IMG/VR virus record: IMGVR_UViG_3300037245_001295
Location: 32,001-96,000 of that record
Source: a virus
DNA: 64,000 nt
Strand: one strand, 5' to 3'
In this document: piece after piece, positions 55,698 through 64,000 of the stretch
How the letters are laid out: each line of letters starts with the position of its first letter
How positions within the stretch are numbered: position 1 is the stretch's first letter
The notes under the pieces: generated by a model
Databases searched by the model: none
What the model was told of the DNA's origin: nothing
Seen by the model: the letters and a program-made list of their open reading frames with translations, nothing else
Translations under genes and position numbers: made by a program

Positions 55698-56578
55698 AAA
55701 CGCACACCTTTTCCATCGTGGTCGGCACGGCAGCCTGTAATGCGAAGTGCCCGTTCTGCGTTAGCAAGATGACGCATACGGCGGCGTGCCGGATGAAGGC
55801 CATTAACAAACGTCGCTTACACACGGCCTGCCGCATTGTCGAGCAAGCCCGAGACGGGTTGGTGAACGTACTGCTGACCGGCAAGGGTGAGCCACTGCTG
55901 TTTCCCGACGAAATCACAGAATACCTTGTCGAGCTTGGGCAGTACAATTTCCCGTTGATCGACCTCCAGACTAACGGTATCCTCCTCAAGGCGTCAGCCG
56001 ATCACGGGTATCTGAATAAGTGGGTGGGCTTAGGCCTCACCTTGGCCTGTGTCTCAATCACACATTGGGAGCCGGATCATAGCAACAACTTAATGGGCAT
56101 CGACCGTGGCTTTAACTTCTATGAGGCCGTGGAGGTGATCCATAAAGCCGGGCTGGCCGCCCGCCTGAATTGCACTTTGACAAGAAGTGGCTGTGCCACC
56201 CTGCACGACGTTGACATCTTGATTAACCGCTGTCGCGAGGAAGGTGTTGAGCAGCTTACCTTACGTGAGGTCGAAGTGCCGGATTACACCCCCGGCTCGG
56301 GCACGGCTGATACGACTAACGCGGTTCGTGAATATGCTGAGCAAGAGAAGCGAGTCGGCTTCGCTAATCAGATTCGTCTACATCTTGAGATGAAGGGTGC
56401 CACGAAGCTCATGGAGTTGCCGCATGGAGCAGTAATCTATGACGATGCAGGGCAGAATGTCTGCATCTCCAACTGTCTCACGTCTACGACGGACCCGAAC
56501 GACATTCGGCAGATCATCTACTTCCCCGATGGCCGGATCGCTTATGATTGGAAATACAAGGGAGCCCGAATCCTGTGA
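55694..56578 (+). CDS. radical SAM protein
   Basis: CNAKCPFC (CxxxCxxC), TGKGEP, QTNG. Confidence 0.85.
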   Translation: MKTHTFSIVVGTAACNAKCPFCVSKMTHTAACRMKAINKRRLHTACRIVEQARDGLVNVLLTGKGEPLLFPDEITEYLVELGQYNFPLIDLQTNGILLKASADHGYLNKWVGLGLTLACVSITHWEPDHSNNLMGIDRGFNFYEAVEVIHKAGLAARLNCTLTRSGCATLHDVDILINRCREEGVEQLTLREVEVPDYTPGSGTADTTNAVREYAEQEKRVGFANQIRLHLEMKGATKLMELPHGAVIYDDAGQNVCISNCLTSTTDPNDIRQIIYFPDGRIAYDWKYKGARIL

Positions 56579-57032
56579 CACCTGATACATGTAGTATATG
56601 CGGCAATTCACTTGAAACAGGGGGCACCTCTATGACCGCCATCACGTTCAAGATTAGTGGCAACCCACTCGACCCCGAGGAGACAAAGGCCCTTGCGGAG
56701 GCGATCTCTCCATATTGCTTAGACAAGACATACAGCGTTTGTGTTCCGTGCTGGATGCGTAAACTAGGTGTCAAACCTTAGAAGGCTGCTATGAACAGAA
56801 TTTTGAGATGGTCCGTTTGTTTTGTAATGGGATTTAGTGCTGGCTGGGTCGTACTACTACTCCTCTGGGCATTTGCAACCCTTAACCACCTTCTAATAAC
56901 CGGCTTAACTAATTACTGGTCGGAGGTGCTATGAGTACAACGGTTGTAAACCTGAAACGAGATTTCTGTGACGCTGTGTCGGATCAACGTCTTGACATTG
57001 TACTCAATGAATCCATGGGCGGGAGTTGGTAA

Positions 57033-59567
57033 ATGATTAAGACATATCTCGACACCGAAACATGCGGTCTGCACGGACTCCCTGTGCTGATCCAATACGC
57101 CTTCGACGACGGTGACATCAACCTGTTCGAGCCGTGGACTCGCCCGGCGCGGGAGTCGCTCGAACTGATCGAGAAAGTGGCCGACACATGCTTCGTCGGC
57201 TTCAACAACAATTTTGATTGGTTCCACCTGTGTAAGCTCTACACCATCTGGCGTCTGCTGCCGCCCGATTTGCTGCCCGCAAATGACATCTCCCTAGTCT
57301 CTGAGATGGAGCCATTGGGCCGCGATGGCCCGTGCATCAAACCAGCTTCGTCGCTGGACCTCATGCTACACTCACGCAAGGGTCCATACCAATCGCTGAT
57401 GGCTCGTAGCGACGTGCGGATTCGGAAAGTGCCAACCATTCTGGCGGCCCCGCTGGCCCAAGAGCTTGAGAAGCGGGTGGAGTTTGACGGCATCCTCTTC
57501 GCACGCCGCAAAGACCCCGAGGCCCCGAAGTGGCAGGTGTTTGACCGGCGTAACAAGGACGACGACATTGATCCCGATTTCAAGGACGTGGTACTGAAGT
57601 TCAACCCGGCGGGCGGCCTGAAGTTTCTAGCCGAGCACGCTCTGGGGATTAAGCCCGACTACCACTACAAAGACGTAGAGCTTGACCCCAAGCTCCGTCC
57701 CCGAGAGCTTGGGTACGTTCCGTTTGCTCTTGGTATGTCTAGCCCTGAGAAAGATTGGGAAGTCTTCGACAAGCATGGCGACTCGAAAGGTTTTGCATGG
57801 CCTGCGGTCATTCACCATCATATCAAGCACTGGCATAACAGCCAACCCGCTCGTGATTATGCACGGGACGACGTGAAGTACACCCGAATGCTGGATGAGC
57901 ACTTCGACTACCCCGAGATCGGGGACAACGATAGCATATTGGCGTGCATGGTAGCGGCAGTGCGGTGGCACGGGTTCGTCGTGGATTTAGAACAGACTGA
58001 GGAGCTTCTGGACAAGTCTGCCAAGATCGTCAGACGATCTCCGGTGAACATCAATAAGCCCAAGCAGGTGCGACACTACATCCGTGATTGTATGGTCGAT
58101 ATGGAAGCCCTCCTCATTGACGAGTCAACAAAGAAAAGTAATCTTGAGAAGATTCGCGACGAGATGGTGGTAGAGGAAGCTGGCGAAATCTGCATCAAGT
58201 GCTTTGGCGATGGCTGCCTGCGGTGTGACCATGCGGGCGAGCTAGCAGTGGGTAGGATGCCAGCCGCCGAACGCTGTGACGAAATCTTAATGGTCAAAGA
58301 GGCTGCCAAAGAGGTAGAGCTACACACGAAGCTGACGCAGGCTGGCCGCTTCCACGCGAGCTTCAATGTCATTGGCACGCTGTCCTCACGGATGTCGGGC
58401 GGTGGCGGTCTAAACGCCCAAGGGATCAAGCACTCGGACGAGGTGCGGCGTATGTTCCCGCTGGCGTGGGACGGTATGATCCTGTGCGGCGGTGACTTTG
58501 ACTCATTCGAGGTGACGCTGGCCGACGCCGTGTTTGAAGACCCCGCCCTACGGGCCGACTTGTTGGCCGGTAAGAAGCTCCACGCTTTGATGGCGATGGC
58601 TCTGTATCCTGGCAAGACCTACGAAGACATTCTAGCCTCAAAAGGCTCCAGCTTTGACATGTACACCCGTGGCAAGCAAGCCGTCTTCGCCATGCTATAC
58701 GGCGGTGACCACAACACGGTTCACAACAAACTAGCTATTCCGCTGGCCGTGGCCGAGGACGCCTTCGTCCGGTTCCAGCGTAAATATCCCGGTATCAAAG
58801 CCGCTCGTGAAGAGGTGATGGATAGATTCCAAGCCATGCACCAGCCTGACGGCATCGGCACGGCCATTACATGGAGAGACCCACACGACTATGCGGAGAC
58901 CTTCCTTGGTTTCCGCCGGTACTTCACACTTGAAAACCGCATCTGCAAAGAGCTTTTCAAGCTCGCACAGAGGCCACCGAAACATTGGCGGAATGTGAAG
59001 TTGGAGATCGTCCGCACAGACCGCGTGCAGCAGGTGGGCGGTGCGGTATCATCCGCCCTGTACGGAGCGGCTTTCCAGATTCAGGCCAGCAACACGCGGG
59101 CCGCAAACAATCACATGATCCAAAGCCCTGGCGCGATGATTACCAAATCCTTGCAGCGGGCAATTTGGGACGCGCAGCCTGCCGGTGTAAACGACTGGGT
59201 AGTAGCCCCTATGAATGTGCATGACGAAGTTATGGTGGTGGCCCATCCAGACGCCATTGACGATATTACCGAGCGGGTTATAGCCTCTGTTGAATCCTAT
59301 CGCGACCGCGTGCCACTTATCGGCATGGGGTGGGTGAAGAAGATGGACAACTGGGCTGAGAAGGGCGGGGGCGTTGGAAATGAAGTTCACATTGAACCCA
59401 AGGAGATTACCGATGACGACGGAAGAACGAGCAATTTGGCTGAAGCCCTTGACGACACCACAACTGAGAGCCCTTGCTTCTCAGAATCAGATTGCGAACT
59501 GGAGAAAATTGCCGAGGATGAAGCTAATCTCGCAGCTATGCTCAGTGGAGGAATGTTTGGTGCATGA
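57033..59567 (+). CDS. DNA polymerase family A with 3'-5' exonuclease
   Basis: ExoI DTET, ExoII FN..FD, ExoIII YARDD; TLSSRMS; motif A DFDSFE; motif B RGKQAVFAMLYG; motif C VHDE. Confidence 0.92.
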   Translation: MIKTYLDTETCGLHGLPVLIQYAFDDGDINLFEPWTRPARESLELIEKVADTCFVGFNNNFDWFHLCKLYTIWRLLPPDLLPANDISLVSEMEPLGRDGPCIKPASSLDLMLHSRKGPYQSLMARSDVRIRKVPTILAAPLAQELEKRVEFDGILFARRKDPEAPKWQVFDRRNKDDDIDPDFKDVVLKFNPAGGLKFLAEHALGIKPDYHYKDVELDPKLRPRELGYVPFALGMSSPEKDWEVFDKHGDSKGFAWPAVIHHHIKHWHNSQPARDYARDDVKYTRMLDEHFDYPEIGDNDSILACMVAAVRWHGFVVDLEQTEELLDKSAKIVRRSPVNINKPKQVRHYIRDCMVDMEALLIDESTKKSNLEKIRDEMVVEEAGEICIKCFGDGCLRCDHAGELAVGRMPAAERCDEILMVKEAAKEVELHTKLTQAGRFHASFNVIGTLSSRMSGGGGLNAQGIKHSDEVRRMFPLAWDGMILCGGDFDSFEVTLADAVFEDPALRADLLAGKKLHALMAMALYPGKTYEDILASKGSSFDMYTRGKQAVFAMLYGGDHNTVHNKLAIPLAVAEDAFVRFQRKYPGIKAAREEVMDRFQAMHQPDGIGTAITWRDPHDYAETFLGFRRYFTLENRICKELFKLAQRPPKHWRNVKLEIVRTDRVQQVGGAVSSALYGAAFQIQASNTRAANNHMIQSPGAMITKSLQRAIWDAQPAGVNDWVVAPMNVHDEVMVVAHPDAIDDITERVIASVESYRDRVPLIGMGWVKKMDNWAEKGGGVGNEVHIEPKEITDDDGRTSNLAEALDDTTTESPCFSESDCELEKIAEDEANLAAMLSGGMFGA

Positions 59568-59607
59568 GACCGCTGAGCCGGTTGGGAAGTTTCAACTATG
59601 CGGATAA
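59413..59607 (+). CDS. small Rho_N/SAP-like nucleic-acid-binding protein overlapping polymerase 3' end
   Basis: AAGGAG RBS at 59400, ATG 59413; LTTPQLRALASQNQIANWRKLPRMKLISQL. Confidence 0.55.
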   Translation: MTTEERAIWLKPLTTPQLRALASQNQIANWRKLPRMKLISQLCSVEECLVHETAEPVGKFQLCG

Positions 59608-60052
59608 TAATCAATGCAAAAGTGATCCCAGAAGTCACGCCGCCTAACACGGTGTACGTGAGATTGGGCGACGGAAACATACCTTATGAGGAGAAACCGA
59701 TGAAAGAACCTATGACAATTTGTACTAAATGCCAGCATGTGAAGATCACTGGGAGAAGCTCCGTGTGGACCAGATTTGAGTGCTACGCAAGTATCATTAT
59801 CGACGGGGTAAATCCAGTCACAGGGGAGCCGCAAGATACAGTGCTTGCAAAGTGCCACAACAGAAACACAGGCGACTGCAAACTGTATGAGGAAGCGCGA
59901 TGAAAATGTTCAGCGAATGTAGTGGACCGTGTGAGACCTGTAAAGTGCATCTTTCCGGCACCATGTGCATGGCCGGGCACGGCGACGACGACTATGTCCA
60001 CGCGGACGTGGAGTGGATTGCAGCCTTGAAGCAAAAGGAAGCGAATGGATAA
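59598..60052 (+). other. two small Cys-containing ORFs (59598-59903, 59900-60052)
   Basis: Coupled; the second reads MKMFSECSGPCETC...CMAGHGDDD. Confidence 0.5.
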
Positions 60053-60452
60053 TCCTCACATGCGAGAAGCGCACGGCCCTGAGTGGCGAATCCAGAAGGA
60101 ACTAATCAAGTTCCTGCGGGCTCGCGGCTGGCTTGTTGAGGTTATGCACGGTAACCTATTCCAAAAAGGCGTGCCTGACTTGTACATCGCCCACCCGAAG
60201 CATGGGCAGAGGTGGATTGACGTTAAGAACCCCGTCAGCTACAACTTCACAAGAGACCAGAGGATTAAGTGGCCCAACTGGGAGAAATACGGAGTCGGAA
60301 TCTGGATACTCGTGGCCGCCACGGACGAAGAGTATGACAAGTTGTGGAAGCCGCCCAACATGCGCGATTACTGGAAGGCCAGTTGGTACTTGGAGCCCAC
60401 TGTGGACGACCTTCTGGACGAACTAGATGACCCAACACTGGAGGAAGAGTGA
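60045..60452 (+). CDS. VRR-NUC / PD-(D/E)XK nuclease
   Basis: E..IQ..L..FL..RGW, G.PDL, WIDVK, T..Q. Confidence 0.75.
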   Translation: MDNPHMREAHGPEWRIQKELIKFLRARGWLVEVMHGNLFQKGVPDLYIAHPKHGQRWIDVKNPVSYNFTRDQRIKWPNWEKYGVGIWILVAATDEEYDKLWKPPNMRDYWKASWYLEPTVDDLLDELDDPTLEEE

Positions 60453-60661
60453 TGGCAGTGCAACCTTGCACACGCGATGGAAAGCCGGGTTACCGGGCGA
60501 TCAGCCCGCACGGTGAAGGGGATTGTTTCCTGTACCGAGACGGCGACCCTGGTGGCCAGGCGCGGGCAAAGGCATTTGCCCGACAGCAGCTTGTCACAAT
60601 CACAGCCCGGTCAAACGACGAAAATATTCAAGCAGTGATCGAATCAATCGAGTGCATTTAG
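60449..60661 (+). CDS. small protein, paralog of next gene
   Basis: C..DGKPGY...G.C..Y. Confidence 0.55.
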   Translation: MMAVQPCTRDGKPGYRAISPHGEGDCFLYRDGDPGGQARAKAFARQQLVTITARSNDENIQAVIESIECI

Positions 60662-60670
60662 GAGACTGCG

Positions 60671-60841
60671 ATGCCTATTCAAGTTTGCTCTAAAGACGGC
60701 GACCCCGGCTATAAGTACGGTGAGGGGGGCTTCTGCTACACCTACAAGGGTGGAGACGAAGCGGGGCGTAGGGAAGCGAAGCAGAAGGCAGCGATGCAAG
60801 GCGCAGCAATCGAGCGTCGAGGCGGGGAGTCCCACGAATGA
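60671..60841 (+). CDS. small protein (56 aa)
   Basis: AGGAG RBS; MPIQVCSKDGDPGYKYGEGGFCYTY...KAAMQGAAI. Confidence 0.6.
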   Translation: MPIQVCSKDGDPGYKYGEGGFCYTYKGGDEAGRREAKQKAAMQGAAIERRGGESHE

Positions 60842-61365
60842 TCCTCCGTAGCAACCCAAACAATTGGTCATGTCTCCCCACCGCATTCGCGATGGCACTT
60901 GGGCGGGTTCCTGAGTGGGTAATTGAACAGATTGGACACAATGGCAGTGCTGAACCCTATAAGGCGGCGGGCCTTAAAGCGGGCTTCCACGAGCAGGAGT
61001 GCATTGAAGTTGCCCTGGGCTTGGGTTACACTTGCACACCTATTGAAGCCGTGCCGACCATTTCTCCGTACCAGCACGGAGGGGACGCACGACCCGTCTA
61101 TTTTGGGGAGGGGTTGTCCGGCAATTTTGAGGCGGGGGTGTCCGGCAATTGGGTACGTTTGTTGCGGCACATGGTTGGTACTTGCGGTGTTCTGACTGGC
61201 ACGTATGCAAAGCTCACCGATCCCACCTGTGTTCGTGGCCACGCTGTCGCCTGGGACGGTGTGACAACACAGAAGATTCACGATCCAATCGGCCCCCGCT
61301 GCTACTCGTTTGTGGAGGCTGCTAAATACGGATTCACCCCTGGATGCTTTTGGAAGGTGGAATAA
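60838..61365 (+). CDS. putative papain-like (C39-type) cysteine peptidase
   Basis: N-terminal SCLPTAFAMAL Cys; GHAVAW His; IHDP Asp. Confidence 0.6.
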   Translation: MILRSNPNNWSCLPTAFAMALGRVPEWVIEQIGHNGSAEPYKAAGLKAGFHEQECIEVALGLGYTCTPIEAVPTISPYQHGGDARPVYFGEGLSGNFEAGVSGNWVRLLRHMVGTCGVLTGTYAKLTDPTCVRGHAVAWDGVTTQKIHDPIGPRCYSFVEAAKYGFTPGCFWKVE

Positions 61366-62072
61366 TGTCAAAGTGTATGGTTAGGCTCACACCGAGCCAA
61401 CTGACGAGCGTCTCTGTTATACATCCATTGCTGTACGTGACAGATGGGCCTCTCGATGAAGAACAACTTAGCGAGCTAGTACCACTAGCGTTGGAAGGGG
61501 ATGAATATGCACGGAACGAGTTAGTAGTTGGCCACCTATCAATGCTGAGCCACACGGTTGGTCGTTACCTTTACCACTGGCCCTTAACCCGGCGATTCCT
61601 TGACGAGATGGTGTCGGCGGGCGTGTTCGGAATGGTGCATGCCTTGCAGATTCTTAACGAAGAGTCATTGGAAGGTAAGACCATCGGTACGTATCTACTC
61701 CAGCATATCTACAAGCACATAGAAACTGAAGTCTGCGCATTGCGGGGCATAGCCCCCGCCCCGATACGTACAAATCAAAGGCGTGTGAAAGAGGGCCTCG
61801 ATCCAATTTTCGGGGACGTTGTTGGCGACACAGCTTCCTCAAAACTGACGGATGGGTACAGTTATATCGAGTCCGGCTTTGAGGAGATTGACGTGCTTGA
61901 GGCCCTTAACCTTCTGCGGGACGAATTTGAGCTTTTGGACCTCATCTTCGAGCCTGAGAATTGGGGTAAGACTAATCGCGAACTGTCGGACCTCACCGGA
62001 GTACCAAGGCGAACTGTCCATTGGTACCGAACAGAGCTACTACGACGCTACCAAGAATTGACTGACAAGTAA
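61365..62072 (+). CDS. sigma-70-like RNA polymerase sigma factor
   Basis: GDEYARNELV..HL......RY; DEMVS.G..G...A (region 2); TNRELSDLTGVPRRTV HTH (region 4). Confidence 0.7.
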   Translation: MSKCMVRLTPSQLTSVSVIHPLLYVTDGPLDEEQLSELVPLALEGDEYARNELVVGHLSMLSHTVGRYLYHWPLTRRFLDEMVSAGVFGMVHALQILNEESLEGKTIGTYLLQHIYKHIETEVCALRGIAPAPIRTNQRRVKEGLDPIFGDVVGDTASSKLTDGYSYIESGFEEIDVLEALNLLRDEFELLDLIFEPENWGKTNRELSDLTGVPRRTVHWYRTELLRRYQELTDK

Positions 62073-62090
62073 CCCTACGGAGACTAATCA

Positions 62091-62546
62091 ATGAAATTTT
62101 TCCTGAGACTTATTCCCGCGATATTGGTGGCCGCCCTTCTCGGTTGGAGCATCATGTCTGAAATCCAGCAAGAGAAACTCTTGTCAAGGCTTAATGATGC
62201 TGAGGCGAACGTTGACGCCATCGCTGACGCCCAAGATTTTGCAATGCCGCTCATCGGGTTGTCGGAGCAACTTGCCAGAGAAAACGCAATGTTCACCCAG
62301 GTCATTGATCGGGCTCGTGACATTGTCACTGCGAAGGACTTAGAATTGGTTCAGACCAAGGAGTCCCTCAACAGTTCCATCGAGCTTCTGCAAGAGCAGA
62401 TCGTTGAGAACAACCGGTGCGTTGACGAGATTCGAGCCCTGGAGAGCCATATTAGGGCGCTGCGACGAACTGTAAATGAGCTTATGAGTAAAATCCCTGA
62501 CGCGGGCGTTTTGGATTACCCTTACGATCCCGCCTACAACAACTAG
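62091..62546 (+). CDS. membrane-anchored coiled-coil protein
   Basis: N-terminal TM segment then heptads. Confidence 0.6.
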   Translation: MKFFLRLIPAILVAALLGWSIMSEIQQEKLLSRLNDAEANVDAIADAQDFAMPLIGLSEQLARENAMFTQVIDRARDIVTAKDLELVQTKESLNSSIELLQEQIVENNRCVDEIRALESHIRALRRTVNELMSKIPDAGVLDYPYDPAYNN

Positions 62547-62557
62547 GAGCCAACCCA

Positions 62558-62755
62558 ATGATTGATTCCCTATACCGAACCCTGTGTTACTGCATTATCA
62601 TCCTTGGTGGCGTGTACTTCGGCAGTTATGTCGCCGCCATTGAGCAGCGAGTGACCGCCTTAGAAGACCGGGCTCGCAATAGTTTTGTGATCCCCCGTCC
62701 ATTGCCATTTGACATTACCATTGACCGCAACAAAAGAGGAGACGATTCCAAGTGA
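62558..62755 (+). CDS. small membrane protein
   Basis: AGGAG RBS; one TM segment. Confidence 0.5.
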   Translation: MIDSLYRTLCYCIIILGGVYFGSYVAAIEQRVTALEDRARNSFVIPRPLPFDITIDRNKRGDDSK

Positions 62756-63015
62756 GTTTGCAACGAGTATTAGAAGACGTAGTGAATGAACGAGCACACC
62801 AAGAGAACCGGTGGGGCGTCGTCAATGACGACCGCAACACCTTTGAGGACTGGCGTACCTACATGAACAAGTACAGCTTTCGAGTCGGGCATGCTATGCC
62901 TAATTCGCCAACGCAGAGGCGACGACTGATTCAAGTGGCGGCCCTGGCGGTAGCTGCGATCGAGTCCTTTGATAGAAACCGTGGATTCCCTGTGCCTGTA
63001 CCGGAGGTGTTTTGA
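62752..63015 (+). CDS. MazG-like all-alpha protein
   Basis: ERAHQ..RWG and LIQVAALAVAAIE. Confidence 0.55.
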   Translation: MSLQRVLEDVVNERAHQENRWGVVNDDRNTFEDWRTYMNKYSFRVGHAMPNSPTQRRRLIQVAALAVAAIESFDRNRGFPVPVPEVF

Positions 63016-63016
63016 G

Positions 63017-64000
63017 ATGAATTTACCACGTCGGGAATTTCTGATGTTGGCCAAGAAGTACACCCCTGGCAAGATGCCGGTAGGTGGTTACTATCTTAGT
63101 GAGAAGTTAGACGGCACCCGCGCGTTTTGGGATGGCGGGATCAGCCGTGGCGTGCCAACTATTCAGGTTCCGTATGCCAATATCACCGACCCCAAGACTG
63201 GGAAGATCAAGAAAAAGATCAAGCCCGTCGCCACAGGCCTGTGGTCACGTTATGGTAACCCGATCATTGCCCCAGACTGGTTTCTAAACACCCTACCCTG
63301 TATGCCGCTCGATGGCGAAATCTGGGCGGGCCGTGGCAACTTCCAACTCTGCCGCTCTATCTGTGCCGGGGACACCCCTGGCCCAGATTGGGATAAGGCT
63401 GAGTTCGCCGTGTTCGGCTGCCCTCCGCTAGGCATCATATTTGGCAACGGACGTATCAAGAACCAGCACATGGTGATGAACATTGTGGCCGCCGACATAA
63501 AACGCTGGCTGAAAACGAAAGAGAAATCGTTTCCAGATTTCTACTACCTCTCGGCCGCGAATGGTCGAGTACCATTTGATTACGAGCTTACCTGCCTGCA
63601 AGATTCCTTGGATTCGTCCAGTCGCGTCTACCTTCACCGTCAGCGAAAACTGCCGAGGGGCATCGTGGAAGCGGCGTTGGCGGTTGAGGTGGAGTTGAAG
63701 AAGGTGCTAGACCTTGGTGGCGAAGGCATTGTCCTGCGTAACCCCGATTCTCCGTGGCTGCCGAAGCGGCTCACTACCTTGTTGAAGTACAAACCATTCA
63801 GCGACGACGAGGGGATTATCGTCGGCTTTACGGCTGGCCGGAAAACCGACAAAGGCTCAAAGCTATTGGGCAAGATCGGGGCCTTGATCTTGGATTACAA
63901 GGGCAAGCGATTGGAGCTTTCGGGCTTAACCCATGAGGAGAGGAAGTTCGACGACACTGGCATCCTTCTCGCAAGTGGTTATGCCGCTAAGAATCCCGGC
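63017..64000 (+). CDS. ATP-dependent DNA ligase (runs off window end)
   Basis: GGAGG RBS; SEKLDGTRAFWDG, LDGEIW, GEGIVLR, LLKYKP; no stop before the end. Confidence 0.88.
   Translation, partial: MNLPRREFLMLAKKYTPGKMPVGGYYLSEKLDGTRAFWDGGISRGVPTIQVPYANITDPKTGKIKKKIKPVATGLWSRYGNPIIAPDWFLNTLPCMPLDGEIWAGRGNFQLCRSICAGDTPGPDWDKAEFAVFGCPPLGIIFGNGRIKNQHMVMNIVAADIKRWLKTKEKSFPDFYYLSAANGRVPFDYELTCLQDSLDSSSRVYLHRQRKLPRGIVEAALAVEVELKKVLDLGGEGIVLRNPDSPWLPKRLTTLLKYKPFSDDEGIIVGFTAGRKTDKGSKLLGKIGALILDYKGKRLELSGLTHEERKFDDTGILLASGYAAKNPG

Noticed and set aside
56931-57032. 33-aa ORF MSTTVVNLKRDFCD resembling a DUF4326 N-terminus (possible remnant)
   Set aside because: Similarity is limited to about 12 residues; cannot be supported without a search.

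Overview
A 64-kb slice of a tailed dsDNA phage genome. The long non-contractile tail and absence of a sheath gene point to a siphovirus. Genetic code 11 fits, and no integrase, CRISPR array or reverse transcriptase is visible. The window has three blocks. (1) 1-21.1 kb, + strand: virion morphogenesis (head-tail adaptor, scaffold, P22-like major capsid, head closure, tail tube, frameshifted tail chaperone, 1435-aa tape measure, tail tip, Cys-rich proteins). (2) 21.1-26.2 kb, - strand: DEDD exonuclease, dATP/dGTP diphosphohydrolase and primase-helicase. (3) 26.7-64 kb, + strand: ParB, SSB-like protein, SNF2 helicase, RNA-repair-type enzymes, an HMW1C/GT41 glycosyltransferase with a sugar C-methyltransferase, three tRNAs plus an aberrant tRNA-like element, a GGQ release-factor fragment, radical SAM protein, family A DNA polymerase, sigma-like factor, DNA ligase and many small ORFs. 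The most notable unexplained signals are: a 12-residue leader shared by scaffold and capsid proteins (a candidate new maturation-protease signal); a 74-bp inverted repeat that duplicates the whole expression-start region of both divergent arms around an iteron-rich putative origin; a putative protein-glycosylation module; a tRNA-like RNA with a second T-loop in place of its anticodon; and consensus sigma-54 promoters. All product calls come from motif recognition by eye; no database searches were run.
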